Shown piece by piece: positions 10,530 to 21,129 of a stretch of DNA of 64,000 nt. Position numbers and translations under genes: made by a program. Origin of the DNA: Bacillota bacterium (lineage in GTDB: Bacteria; Bacillota; SHA-98; UBA4971); contig JBMNFG010000011.1 of assembly GCA_050949175.1 (NCBI GenBank), forward strand, positions 329,549 through 393,548, read 5' to 3'. The notes beneath the pieces are model-generated. The model had not been told where the DNA came from. It saw only the letters and a program-made list of their open reading frames with translations, and searched no databases. The first letter of the stretch is position 1, and each line of letters begins with the position of its first letter.

Positions 10530-10564
10530 TCTGAAGCCCACAATTCCGGTGGCAAAACGTAGAG

Positions 10565-10592
10565 TAATCCCGCTTCACAGAAGGCGGGATTA
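10565..10592 (+). terminator. Probable terminator hairpin after the sugar ABC operon
   Basis: taatcccgc-ttcacagaag-gcgggatta inverted repeat. Confidence 0.5.
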
Positions 10593-10760
10593 TTCAGTTT
10601 CCGACCGTTTACTACCTGGCGTTTATGCTTGGCAGTTGCTGCTGTTAATGCTTGTCTTTCCAAAAGCCCAGAATCGTGGGATATGCTTGAAACAACATGA
10701 TGTAGTATAATAATCTTACATTTTCCTGGAATCATTAAGTCAGTATGAGGTGTTTGCAAA

Positions 10761-12149
10761 TTGCCCGGATTCACAATGGACTTCGGAGGCAATAATCTCA
10801 TCGAACTCGAGTTGCCTGACCGGACTTGCTGCCTTGAGATGGCAAAACCTTCACCGATTACTAAGCCTCAAGATGCTATCCTTGAAAGCATACGAAATCC
10901 TATTGAATCACGTGGGCTTGGCGAGATCGTAAGAAACAAAGGAAAGCCGGTCAAAGAATTGACTGTTGCAGTAGTAGTGTCAGACAACACCAGGCCTGTA
11001 CCTTATACCGGTGATTCAGGAATCCTGGTCCCGATAATTGACGAGCTTATCAACCTCGGGATACAGCCTGAGCTCATCACAATTATAGTCGCCACCGGAA
11101 CCCACAGAGAGCTTTCAGAAGATGAACAGAGAGCCATGCTTGACCCTTCTGTGTTTGACAGAAATATACGAATCGTGTGCCATGACTCGAGGGATGAATC
11201 CAACCTCGATTTCTTAGGTGTCACATCCAGAGGAAGTAAGGTATTCATTAACAAGGTATACCTTGAATCAGACGTAAAAATCCTAACCGGCCTCGTTGAA
11301 AGCCATTTCATGGCAGGAGCTTCAGGAGGAAGAAAAGCGGTTTGCCCCGGTCTCATAGGCGAAGACAGCACCTACATATTTCACGGCCCTGAGTTCCTAT
11401 CGTCACCTAACGCTGCTGACCTGGTCTTAGATGGGAACCCTTGCCACGAAGAAGCCGTTGAAGTTGCCAAGATGACAGGGGTTGATTTCATTGTCAATGT
11501 GACTTTAGATGATAGATTCCGGCTTACAGGAGTATACTCAGGGGATCTTGAAGCTGCGCACATGAAAGCTGTGGAGCGGATACGAGAATATGTAACCATA
11601 CCGGTACGCCAAACGTATGACATTGTAGTTACTCATGCGGGCTTTGTCGGAATCAACCACTACCAGGCTGCTAAAGCAGGAGTGGTGGCCATTCCCATCA
11701 TGAAGCCGGGTGCAAAATTGATAATGGCTGCTAATACTGTAGATAAAGATCCTGTAGGAAGCCCTTACTATCGTACACTCATCCACTTATTGACTCTCAA
11801 CGGACCGGAGAGTTTCATGAGGCTGATAACAAGCAAGGATTGGAGCTTCATCCCTGAACAATGGCAGGTTCAGATGTGGTCAAAGGTATTCTCAAGAACG
11901 CCCATGGAAAACTTCACTTTCTGTGCGCCCCACGTTTCGCAAAAGGATGCAAAGATCCTGCCGGGCATTGACGGAAACCTGCTGCTACCGGCAGATCGGC
12001 GGTATTCATCGGATCTTCGTGACGCAAAAGACATGGTGGAACTGGCTGTTGCCAACGCAATACAAGATTACAGGTCAAAAGGAATTGAACCGTCCATAGC
12101 GTTCTTGAAAGACGGTCCGTACGGTATCCCTGTTCCTGTCAAACCTTAG
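10761..12149 (+). CDS. LarA-family nickel-pincer-dependent alpha-hydroxy acid racemase/epimerase
   Basis: VSDNTRP, VATGTH, VESHFMAGASGGRK and YQAAKA motifs. Confidence 0.88.
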   Translation: MPGFTMDFGGNNLIELELPDRTCCLEMAKPSPITKPQDAILESIRNPIESRGLGEIVRNKGKPVKELTVAVVVSDNTRPVPYTGDSGILVPIIDELINLGIQPELITIIVATGTHRELSEDEQRAMLDPSVFDRNIRIVCHDSRDESNLDFLGVTSRGSKVFINKVYLESDVKILTGLVESHFMAGASGGRKAVCPGLIGEDSTYIFHGPEFLSSPNAADLVLDGNPCHEEAVEVAKMTGVDFIVNVTLDDRFRLTGVYSGDLEAAHMKAVERIREYVTIPVRQTYDIVVTHAGFVGINHYQAAKAGVVAIPIMKPGAKLIMAANTVDKDPVGSPYYRTLIHLLTLNGPESFMRLITSKDWSFIPEQWQVQMWSKVFSRTPMENFTFCAPHVSQKDAKILPGIDGNLLLPADRRYSSDLRDAKDMVELAVANAIQDYRSKGIEPSIAFLKDGPYGIPVPVKP

Positions 12150-12165
12150 AGATGGAGGGGTTGCT

Positions 12166-13308
12166 ATGCAATATCGAAAACTGGGAAAGACAGGCCTTAA
12201 TGTTTCCGCTTTGGGGTTTGGCTGTATGAGGCTGCCCCGCTCTGAATCCGGCAACTCCGGGGCCGATACTGAAGAAGCTGTCCGCATGATACGATATGCC
12301 ATAGATAACGGCGTAAACTACATAGACACTGCGTATAACTATCACAGCCGCCAAGGGGAAAACATCGTAGGCAAGGCTTTGGCAGACGGATACCGGGAAA
12401 GAGTTTATCTTGCTACCAAATGTCCTGTCTGGCTCCTGGAATCTCCGGATGACGTCGATAAGTACCTAACTGAACAGCTGGAGAAGCTTGCCACAGATCA
12501 CGTGGATTTCTACCTTTTGCACTCTATTAACAGGCATTCATGGGATAAAGCAAAGAAACTCAGAGTCCTGGATTCCATGGAAAAGGCCAGAGACCGCGGG
12601 CTCATCAAGTACATCGGTTTTTCGTTCCATGATACTGTTGATGTGTTCCGTGAGATCGTCGACTCATATGACTGGGCTCTTACACTGATCCACTTGAATT
12701 ATGTAGACGATTACTATCAGGCAGGCCTTACCGGCATGAAATATGCAGCTTCAAAAGGCATTGGAATCGTAGTCATGGAGCCTCTCCGCGGTGGGAAGCT
12801 GGCACAGAATGTACCCCCTGATGTACAGGCTGTGTGGGACAAAGCAAAGACTAAACGAACTCCTGCAGAATGGGGGCTTAAATGGGTCTTGCACCATCCT
12901 GAGGTATCTTGTGTCCTCAGCGGAATGAGTTCTATGGACCAGGTGATTGAGAACTTGCGCATAGCCGGTGATGCCCTACCTAACTCATTAACCGATGAAG
13001 ACCTGGCATTGATCAGCGAGGCAAAAGCCTTGTACAAAGATCGCATAAAAATACCGTGCACTGAATGTAACTACTGTCTCCCCTGCCCCAACAATGTGGC
13101 CATTACCGATGTTTTCTCACTCTATAATGATTACTTCGTATACGGAGCCGGGGATGCTTCAAGAGGATTCTATGCATTCCTTAAGAAAGCAAATGCAGAC
13201 CCATCAGCATGCACAGAATGCAAGGAGTGCGAAGGCCTGTGCCCGCAACACCTGCCCATTACCGATTTCCTCAAGAAAGCAAAAGCACTTTTTGGCGAGA
13301 CAGATTGA
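12166..13308 (+). CDS. Aldo/keto reductase with a C-terminal 4Fe-4S dicluster domain
   Basis: GFGCMRLP, IDTAYNY, LATK; C-terminal CTECNYCLPCP and CTECKECEGLCP. Confidence 0.9.
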   Translation: MQYRKLGKTGLNVSALGFGCMRLPRSESGNSGADTEEAVRMIRYAIDNGVNYIDTAYNYHSRQGENIVGKALADGYRERVYLATKCPVWLLESPDDVDKYLTEQLEKLATDHVDFYLLHSINRHSWDKAKKLRVLDSMEKARDRGLIKYIGFSFHDTVDVFREIVDSYDWALTLIHLNYVDDYYQAGLTGMKYAASKGIGIVVMEPLRGGKLAQNVPPDVQAVWDKAKTKRTPAEWGLKWVLHHPEVSCVLSGMSSMDQVIENLRIAGDALPNSLTDEDLALISEAKALYKDRIKIPCTECNYCLPCPNNVAITDVFSLYNDYFVYGAGDASRGFYAFLKKANADPSACTECKECEGLCPQHLPITDFLKKAKALFGETD

Positions 13309-13320
13309 TAAAGGTGGACT

Positions 13321-13368
13321 TGGGGCAGATACGCGCCGGACAAACCTCAGCCGGGTCTATCTGCCCCA
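13321..13368. terminator. Long hairpin between convergent genes
   Basis: tggggcagata ... tatctgcccca inverted repeat. Confidence 0.55.
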
Positions 13369-13382
13369 GCAGCTCCCGAAGA

Positions 13383-13844
13383 CTAGTCTTCAACTTCAGC
13401 GATCATTTCAACTTCTACTGCAGCATCTAAAGGAAGTTCATTACACGCCAATGCGCATCTTGAGTGTTTGCCCTTTTCTCCAAAGACCTCAACCAGGAAA
13501 TCTGAAGCCCCGTTGATGACCATTGGCTGATTCACGAAGCCCTTTGCACTGTTGACATAGCCGTGTATGTTTACGATTTTCTTGACCTTATCCAAATCAC
13601 CGATTGCACTTTTCAGGATAGCCACAAGATTGATTGCGCAAATCCTTGCAGCGTCATATGCCTCTTCTTCACTGACATCCTCGCCAACTTTACCTTTATA
13701 TTTCAACTCACCCTCAACAGTGCAAAGCTGGCCTGAGATGTAAATGAGGTTACCGGTTCTGGCGTAAGGAATATAGGACGCTAACGGTTTTGCAGGTTCC
13801 GGCAACTCAACACCGAGCTCTTTAAGTCTTTCTTCAACTTTCAC
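13383..13844 (-). CDS. RidA/YjgF/Rid1-type protein
   Basis: GTG start at 13844 after AAGGAGG; IYISGQL, INGASD, GKHSRCA and AVEVE motifs. Confidence 0.88.
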   Translation of the reverse strand: MKVEERLKELGVELPEPAKPLASYIPYARTGNLIYISGQLCTVEGELKYKGKVGEDVSEEEAYDAARICAINLVAILKSAIGDLDKVKKIVNIHGYVNSAKGFVNQPMVINGASDFLVEVFGEKGKHSRCALACNELPLDAAVEVEMIAEVED

Positions 13845-14423
13845 GTATTCATTCCTCCTTCTTCCAACAACAGTTATAGGGCTTCTTTGTATAGGTTGTG
13901 TAGTTATACCTTTTGCAAGTATCTTGAAAACCCTTCTTGCAAGAGGCAAATCCAGGCGGCCAATTGTGTTATATCCCCTGGAATTGCGCAGCTTTCCATG
14001 TCTTGCTAAAATAGCCCCAAGGGACAGACGGCCTTATTTCGGCTGCTGCTCGCATAACAATGATCTGCATCTTTTGGGGTTACATGACCGGCGCTAAAGC
14101 TGTCTACACAATGCCATCGCAGTTCGTGAAAAAAACTTTCTTCAGGAGAAGGATTGAGAGGCTCTTCGTAGAAGTACTAATCAAACTTAGGTTATTTGCC
14201 TTGAAAATTGTCTACATTGGCACATCTGAGAAAGCGTCCGATTCCATTAAGCAGCGAAATGGTCTATGGTATTAATAGACGGTTTTCGTCTGTACTCAGG
14301 TTTTGAGGCCTGTCTTAACACGCTTTCCGACGCGTAAGTCATACACAGTGAAAAACAGTGGTTGACAGAGAGCACCACTGATCAGGATTAGGACCTATTC
14401 TTGTAAAGGAGGATACAGAGTCA

Positions 14424-15638
14424 ATGAAGACAATTAAAATCGGATTGATTGGCAGTGGTTTTGTTACCCACCTACACTTGAACGCATTTCGCCAGGTAGT
14501 AGGGATACCGGTACAGGTAGTTGCAGTTGCGTCTCTGGACGACGACCTTGACCGGTTCGCCAAGAAGTTCAATATCCCCCACTACTATTCAGACTACAGA
14601 AAAGTGTTGCAACACGACGAAATAGACATGATCGATGTCTGTGTTCCCAATGTCCTTCACAAACGGGTATGTATAGATGCTGCCGAAGCAGGCAAGCACA
14701 TCATCTGCGAGAAGCCGCTGACAGGCTATTTCGGAGAAGATCTTGAGGATAAAACAGTAGCTGTCGGCGAAACCTCTAAACTTGAGATGTACAAGAAGGC
14801 AGTCAAGAACGCAGATGAGATTATGGACGCAGTACAACGAAACAATGTTAAACTCTGCTATGCAGAGGATTTTGTATATGCTCCTCCTGTAACTAAAGCA
14901 AAGAGGCTTCTCGAAGCTGCAGGTGGAACAATCCTGGAACTCCGTTCAGAAGAAAGCCACAGTGGCTCCCATGCCGCTTATTCCCGTGAATGGAGACTGT
15001 CAGGCGGAGGTTCCCTAATGAGACTCGGTTCCCATCCCCTCGGGCTGGTAATCCACCTGAAGAATTTCGAAGGAAAGATGAAATACGGTAAGCCTATTAA
15101 GGTAAAATCACTCACCGCAGAAGTAGGAAATCTCACCCGCGTCTCCGCGTTCCAAAAGGAAGAGAAGAAGTGGATGGTTGACCGGTGGAAGGACGTTGAG
15201 GACTGGGCAGCAGTCTTCCTTACCTTTGAAGATGGGACCAAGGGAGTAGTATTCTCCAACGACATTACTCTCGGAGGAATAGTCAACACCCTTGCAATCT
15301 ATTCATCCAATGCAGTAATCAAAGTCGACATGGCAGCCAACGATGCCATTAAGGCGTATGCGCCTGCCCATGAAATATTCGGAGACGAATACATATCCGA
15401 AAAGATAGAAACCAAGGCAGGATGGACCTTCCCCTCACCTGATGAGGACTGGATGCGCGGCTATCCTCAAGAGATGCAAGATTTCGTAGAAGCCGTCTAC
15501 TACGGCCGCGATCCTGTATCTGACGGAGAACTGGGAAGGCAAGTAGTAGAAGTTACCTACGCAGCTTATCTCTCTGCTGAGGAAGGGCGCAGGATCGACT
15601 TGGACGAGCTAAACAAGGAAATAGGAAGAAACCGGTAA
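14424..15638 (+). CDS. Gfo/Idh/MocA-family oxidoreductase
   Basis: IGLIGSG Rossmann motif, AGKHIICEKP, SGGGSL. Confidence 0.9.
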   Translation: MKTIKIGLIGSGFVTHLHLNAFRQVVGIPVQVVAVASLDDDLDRFAKKFNIPHYYSDYRKVLQHDEIDMIDVCVPNVLHKRVCIDAAEAGKHIICEKPLTGYFGEDLEDKTVAVGETSKLEMYKKAVKNADEIMDAVQRNNVKLCYAEDFVYAPPVTKAKRLLEAAGGTILELRSEESHSGSHAAYSREWRLSGGGSLMRLGSHPLGLVIHLKNFEGKMKYGKPIKVKSLTAEVGNLTRVSAFQKEEKKWMVDRWKDVEDWAAVFLTFEDGTKGVVFSNDITLGGIVNTLAIYSSNAVIKVDMAANDAIKAYAPAHEIFGDEYISEKIETKAGWTFPSPDEDWMRGYPQEMQDFVEAVYYGRDPVSDGELGRQVVEVTYAAYLSAEEGRRIDLDELNKEIGRNR

Positions 15639-15671
15639 GCAACAGCAAAACCTAATAAGGAGGCAGAGCAG

Positions 15672-16718
15672 ATGAAAATGAAAGCTGCTGTCAAGGTCGA
15701 TGAACGGCCGTTATATATAATGCAAGAAGTTGATATCCCCGAGATCAAGCCTGACGAGGCGCTGGTTAGGGTGAAAACAGTAGGCCTTTGCGGGACAGAC
15801 GTAGCCATAAGGAACAACACATTCATGGGTCGCCACGGACCGGTCAAACTCCCGATTATAGCAGGGCATGAGTTCTGCGGTGAAATCGTTGAGGTTGGGA
15901 GCCAGGTCAGCAAATTTAGGGTAGGCGACAGGGTAACCACCAGCACCATCAAGGGGTGCGGAAAGTGCTATGCCTGTAAGGTAGGTATCTTTAACAGGTG
16001 CAGGTACTGGATTCACCTGGGGATCGACATCCCCGGTTGTTTTGCGGAATATGTTGCTGTGCCTGAGGAGATCCTCTTCCCGGTACCGGAGTTCATTTCA
16101 GACGAAGAGGTAGCACTGCTGGAACCTATCACTACTGCGGTTAGGGCGTTTAGAACCAATCACATCCCTCCCGGAGGTTTCGTTGTAGTCTTAGGGCCTG
16201 GTCCTTTCGGATTATTCCTCCAACAGGTGGCTAAGCTTTCCAGCCCGCGCAAACTGGTAATGGTAGGGTTAAGCAGAGACAAAGCACGATTGGAACTTGC
16301 CAAGAAGCTTGGAGCAGATGAGATAATAATAAGCGACCAGGAAGACCCGGTGGAAAAAATAGCGGAAATGACAGACGGCTGGGGCGCTGACTTAGTGCTG
16401 GAAGCCACAGGCAATGTGGAAGCCGTAACACAGGCTCTCGAGATTACTTGCCCAGGCGGACTCTTCCTGATGGGCGGCAGTGGATTCGGCGGTAAAGAGG
16501 TAAGGTTCAAGCCTTGGAACGTGGTACGTGACGAAAAACGAATGAAAGGCTTGCAAGGGTTTACATGGCCTGACTATCTGCTGGCTCTTGAGTTTATTAA
16601 GAATGGATCCGTTAAAGTAAAGCCCATGCTGAGCCACGTTCTTCCCTTGGAAGAGATAAACCATGCTTGCGATCTTGTAGAAAACAAAGAAGCACTGAAG
16701 ATCGTGCTCACTGTGTAA
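15672..16718 (+). CDS. Zn-dependent (MDR) polyol/sugar dehydrogenase
   Basis: GLCGTD, GHEFCG, CGKCYAC...C structural Zn site, GPGPFG. Confidence 0.9.
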   Translation: MKMKAAVKVDERPLYIMQEVDIPEIKPDEALVRVKTVGLCGTDVAIRNNTFMGRHGPVKLPIIAGHEFCGEIVEVGSQVSKFRVGDRVTTSTIKGCGKCYACKVGIFNRCRYWIHLGIDIPGCFAEYVAVPEEILFPVPEFISDEEVALLEPITTAVRAFRTNHIPPGGFVVVLGPGPFGLFLQQVAKLSSPRKLVMVGLSRDKARLELAKKLGADEIIISDQEDPVEKIAEMTDGWGADLVLEATGNVEAVTQALEITCPGGLFLMGGSGFGGKEVRFKPWNVVRDEKRMKGLQGFTWPDYLLALEFIKNGSVKVKPMLSHVLPLEEINHACDLVENKEALKIVLTV

Positions 16719-16748
16719 AAGCTGTCAAGTCAAATATGAGGTGGTACA

Positions 16749-17600
16749 ATGTTGAAAGCAGATTCAATTTTAGAAAAAATCCGAGAAGAACGTCATGCCT
16801 TCCGGCAATCGGAACAAAAAGTTGCTGAGTATATACTCACCCACCCACGAGAGGTAATCGGTTCGCCCATAACTGAACTCGCTGAGGTAATAGGGGTGAG
16901 TGAAGCAACTATTGTCCGGATGTGCAAGAAAATCGGGTTCAAAGGCTTTCATGAGCTGAAGATTAGCCTGGCGGCACAAAATGTCCAGCCTCTGCAAACA
17001 GTTCACGAACAGATTCAAGACGGCGACGACATGGAAACCATCGTAAAGAAGGTGTTCGCCGCTAATATTCAAACCATGAATTCTACACTGAACGTATTAC
17101 CTGTGCGCGACCTAAAACAAGCTGTGGATGCCCTTGCTACAGCGAATCAAATCCATTTCTACGGTGTGGGAGGCTCAGGCTCCATAGCGCAAGATGCAGC
17201 TCACAAGTTTATGAAAACAGGGAAACCTGTTGCCGCGTACATCGATACTCATATGCAGGTCATGGCGGCTTCTCTCCTAGGAAAGGGCGATGTCGTAGTG
17301 GGTATCTCTCACTCCGGCAGTAGTCGCGATATTATCGAAGCCTTAGAACTGGCCAGAAAGAAAGGTGCGACTACCATCGGCCTTACCCACTATGCCAAGT
17401 CGCCCATAGACAAGGTCCTTGATATTAAGCTGTGCACCGCCTCTAACGAGACTTTCTATAGAACTGAAAGCACATCATCACGTATTGCTCAGTTGTCCAT
17501 AATCGACGCTTTGTTTATCGGGGTTTCTCTGCGCGACCCGGAGAAAGCAATTGAAAACATTCAGTTAACAAGGGAAGCAATAGCCAGCAAACGGTTCTAG
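16749..17600 (+). CDS. RpiR/MurR-family regulator (HTH plus SIS domain)
   Basis: VSEATIVRMCKKIGFKGF, YGVGGS, ISHSG, SSRIAQL. Confidence 0.92.
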   Translation: MLKADSILEKIREERHAFRQSEQKVAEYILTHPREVIGSPITELAEVIGVSEATIVRMCKKIGFKGFHELKISLAAQNVQPLQTVHEQIQDGDDMETIVKKVFAANIQTMNSTLNVLPVRDLKQAVDALATANQIHFYGVGGSGSIAQDAAHKFMKTGKPVAAYIDTHMQVMAASLLGKGDVVVGISHSGSSRDIIEALELARKKGATTIGLTHYAKSPIDKVLDIKLCTASNETFYRTESTSSRIAQLSIIDALFIGVSLRDPEKAIENIQLTREAIASKRF

Positions 17601-17641
17601 CTTATTCCTATGGACTCTACTGTAGCTGGGAGGTTCACACG

Positions 17642-18643
17642 TTGAGCTGTAAAATCCTGATCACCCCGCGAACGTTCGGAAAAACGGATCCAGTGCCCAT
17701 AGCCATTATGGAAGAAGCCGGTTATGAAGTGATCCTCAATCCGTTCGGAAGGCCCCTTACACAAGACGAGCTTATCCCACTCGTCAAAGAAGTAGACGGT
17801 ATAATAGTAGGACTCGATGAGATAGACGAAAGAGTCATGTCTCACGCCCCGAAACTGCGAGTTATCTCGAAATACGGTTCCGGGGTTAATAATATAGATC
17901 TTGAGTCCGCCACAGAAAAAGGCATTATAGTCACTAATACTCCCGGGGTCAACAGTTCCGCAGTGGCGGAGTTGACTATCGGGCTGATGTTGGATGTCGC
18001 AAGACATATCTCGGATTCAGATCGCAAGATGAGACAGGGCAAATGGGGAAAGTACATGGGGTTTGAACTCCGGGGAAAAACCCTGGGTATTGTCGGCACC
18101 GGCCAGATCGGTAAGATGCTGGTTTCAAAGGTCCAGGGGTTTGGGATGACAATAATCGCTCACGACATTGAGCCTGACTACGAATGGTCAAAGAGAATGG
18201 GCGTTTCATACGTTGGTTTCCGTGACCTGATTAAGAATGCCGATATTGTCACCCTCCATCTGCCATTAACTGAGGACACTTATCATCTGATCGGAGCAGA
18301 TGAACTTGCTATGTTTAAACCAACAGCCATCCTGATCAATACGTCCCGGGGCGAAATGATAGATGAGAACGCCCTGTATACTGCCTTAAAAGAGAGGCGA
18401 ATATGGGGTGCAGGATTGGATGTCTACGAGGATGAACCGCTTAAGGACTCCCTGCTCACAACCATTGATAACGTAGTCTTAACATCGCACATCGGTGCAC
18501 ATACTGACGAAGCAGTGAAAGCCATGGGGCGCATGGCAGTTTCAAATCTTATGAAAGCCCTAAATGGCGAACTGCCTGAACACATTGTCAACAATGAAGT
18601 CGACAGCCTGGCTCTGAAAGGGATGAAAGACTGTGTTAACTAA
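17642..18643 (+). CDS. D-isomer-specific 2-hydroxyacid dehydrogenase (short phosphoglycerate dehydrogenase-like)
   Basis: GKTLGIVGTGQIG, INTSRG, LDVYEDEP, SHIG. Confidence 0.88.
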   Translation: MSCKILITPRTFGKTDPVPIAIMEEAGYEVILNPFGRPLTQDELIPLVKEVDGIIVGLDEIDERVMSHAPKLRVISKYGSGVNNIDLESATEKGIIVTNTPGVNSSAVAELTIGLMLDVARHISDSDRKMRQGKWGKYMGFELRGKTLGIVGTGQIGKMLVSKVQGFGMTIIAHDIEPDYEWSKRMGVSYVGFRDLIKNADIVTLHLPLTEDTYHLIGADELAMFKPTAILINTSRGEMIDENALYTALKERRIWGAGLDVYEDEPLKDSLLTTIDNVVLTSHIGAHTDEAVKAMGRMAVSNLMKALNGELPEHIVNNEVDSLALKGMKDCVN

Positions 18644-19286
18644 GGAAGAATGCACTCAGATACTGATGGATACCGGCGTAGTCGCAGTTATTAGAGTGGA
18701 TTCTGGCTCGGAGTTAGTGGACATAATGCGGGCCTTGAAAAAAGGAGGGGTTTTAGCTCTTGAGGTCACAATGACCTCTCCCGGGGCGCTGGAAGCAATA
18801 CGCGAGGCGTCTTCTATTTTCAAGGATGAAGCCGTTATCGGCGCAGGTACGGTTCTTGATCCTGAGACAGCCGAAGCTGCTATCAGAGCAGGCGCCAACT
18901 TTATTGTCAGTCCTGTAACCAATTTCGACCTGATTAAGCTCTGTCGAAGGTACAGTGTAATGTGCATTCCAGGCGCGTTTACTCCTACGGAAATCCTGGC
19001 AGCCTGGGAAGCAGGCGCGGACTTTGTCAAGGTTTTTCCTTCAAGCAGCGTAGGTCCGTCATATCTGAAGGATATCTTAGGACCGCTACCGCAGGTGCGC
19101 CTTACCCCGACAGGAGGCGTTAATCTCCAAAACGCCGGAGACTTTATCAGAGCCGGAGCATCTTTTGTCGGTGCCGGCTCATCACTGGTTAAGAAAGACT
19201 TCGTCAAGGAAAAAAGGTGGGACGACTTAGCTGAACTGGCCTCGAAGTTTATTCAAGAAGTGAAAGCAGCTCGAACACGCAAATAG
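18633..19286 (+). CDS. eda: KDPG/KHG aldolase
   Basis: VAVIR, LEVT, GAGTVL, TPTEI, VKVFP, PTGGV. Confidence 0.9.
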   Translation: MLTKEECTQILMDTGVVAVIRVDSGSELVDIMRALKKGGVLALEVTMTSPGALEAIREASSIFKDEAVIGAGTVLDPETAEAAIRAGANFIVSPVTNFDLIKLCRRYSVMCIPGAFTPTEILAAWEAGADFVKVFPSSSVGPSYLKDILGPLPQVRLTPTGGVNLQNAGDFIRAGASFVGAGSSLVKKDFVKEKRWDDLAELASKFIQEVKAARTRK

Positions 19287-19335
19287 AATAGGAATCCAAG
19301 TATCAAATGTATCGAGTGCATCAGCATCCATTGCA

Positions 19336-20622
19336 CTAAACGATCAAGGTTTTCAAAATGAATGGCATGCGCTCCATGGGAAAAACCCTCAGGTCATCTG
19401 CATTGCCCAGGCAGACTTCTGCCTGGCGTAATCCATCAATATGGATTTCTCCGTACTTATTTGCCATGTTTAGCAATGCAACATAAGCTACGTTATTACT
19501 TCTCCAGGTAAGCTTAATAATACCCTCCGCCGGCTCCTCAACAGAAAACTTGTCGCAGCCGGCCTTGATGTCTTTGGCAAGCCCTAACACCTTCTGCATA
19601 AAAGACATAAGCTCAACGTCTGCATCTTCCAAGTTTATCGGGCCCTTCTCATAAAGGCTTGGAGTCGTCTCTGCGCCGATTTCCTGGCCTGTATAAACAA
19701 GAGTTGCTCCCGGGAGTAACGTATAGAAGACGAGCCAGTTGAGTAAAGAGTCTCTACTCCTTATAAAATCTGCTGCTCGTGGAGTCCGGTAGTCTTCCAA
19801 GAATCTAAGCTTTGCTGCGTTCTCAGGGTAAAGCGTCTCCTGGATGTGCAAATAGTTGAGATAGTCTCTGAGTGGGCGCTTGCCGTGGAAGTAATCTGTA
19901 ATGTACTCAAACCCATCGTAGTCGCATGTCAGATCAAAGGCTTCGTGAAGTTCCGGATCGGAGTAGGCCTTATAGCCTCTATCTCGGATGTATTTGACGA
20001 AAGACTTTTCTATACTCCCTGCAATCCAAAGGATTTCTCTATCGCTTTTTCGTTTTAGCCTCTCGCGGGCGGCCAGCCAGAAGTCCAGCGGAACAAGGGA
20101 TGCCAAATCGCAACGAAATCCATCCACGCCAAACTCAGCCCACTGCTCAAGGGTTTCTATTTGATACTCCCAAAGGTCAGATGACCGGTAGTCCAGGTCG
20201 TACACATCTGTCCGGTCAGGCACCTTGGTAAAGAACTCCCCTTTCGGATCTTTAAGAAACCATTCAGGATGTTCGGTGAAGAGAACACTGTCTTTGGATG
20301 TGTGGTTGTACACGATGTCAATAATTACCTTCATGTCCAGATAGTGAGCCTTGTCTATTACCATCTTCAAAGCTCGCGGGTCTCCGAGTTCAGGGTTGAC
20401 AGCACGGTAGTTTCGGACAGCATACGGATTGCCCAGGGTCCCTTGGCGGTCGACGATACCTATAGGATAGACAGGCATCAGCCATAGAACATCCGTATAC
20501 AGGCTTTTAATCCTTTCGAGATCACTGAAAATGTCCATAAACGTGCCGTCGGCAGAATGGTTTCTGGGATAAACCCCATAAATGACGGCATTTTTCACCC
20601 ATTTGGGAGTATCAACAGCCAC
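19336..20622 (-). CDS. GH13 alpha-amylase-family protein, predicted catalytically impaired
   Basis: DIVYNHT and DGFRCD present; region III reads WIAGS and region IV reads FLEDYR. Confidence 0.85.
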   Translation of the reverse strand: MAVDTPKWVKNAVIYGVYPRNHSADGTFMDIFSDLERIKSLYTDVLWLMPVYPIGIVDRQGTLGNPYAVRNYRAVNPELGDPRALKMVIDKAHYLDMKVIIDIVYNHTSKDSVLFTEHPEWFLKDPKGEFFTKVPDRTDVYDLDYRSSDLWEYQIETLEQWAEFGVDGFRCDLASLVPLDFWLAARERLKRKSDREILWIAGSIEKSFVKYIRDRGYKAYSDPELHEAFDLTCDYDGFEYITDYFHGKRPLRDYLNYLHIQETLYPENAAKLRFLEDYRTPRAADFIRSRDSLLNWLVFYTLLPGATLVYTGQEIGAETTPSLYEKGPINLEDADVELMSFMQKVLGLAKDIKAGCDKFSVEEPAEGIIKLTWRSNNVAYVALLNMANKYGEIHIDGLRQAEVCLGNADDLRVFPMERMPFILKTLIV

Positions 20623-21104
20623 TATGATAACCCCCTATCCCTCTCGCAACAAAACATACGGATTCCCGATTTCAATGGCGATCGATGACGCTTCCCTGAA
20701 GAACCTCGATATGTGTCGAAAAATGTGACCAATTGTCTCTTGAGAAACATATTCCTTACAAACCTTAAGAATCCTTCTTAACCGGCTTTATAACACTTCA
20801 GACACGTTTTCACCACAACGGCCTCCTCCCCGCACCATCCACTCCTTTCTATGCTCTCCGGCAAACCGTCCCTATTGGTGAAGAAACCCGGCGGATTCTG
20901 TCGCATTCTGTCGTAATGGCCGATACATTCTCGCCCACCGTTTTGTCGTTCTAAACTGAGCAGGGTTTAAGGCTTAAAGTGTAAGGTTTGAGATTTGAGC
21001 CTTAAGCGGATCAAGACTTCCAACAAAAACACAAAAACACACGTTTTCTTAAGTTGTAGCTATTCAGTAATGACAATAAGTTGAGAAATCCTACCCCTGT
21101 TAAG

Positions 21105-21129
21105 TAAAAAAGCGCCCGAAATCGGACGC
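21105..21129 (-). terminator. Intrinsic terminator downstream of ssrA
   Basis: Minus strand gcgtccga-tt-tcgggcgc followed by tttttt. Confidence 0.7.

Noticed and set aside
13845-13949. N-terminal extension of the Rid protein given in the ORF track
   Set aside because: A strong AAGGAGG precedes the GTG at 13844, and family similarity starts there
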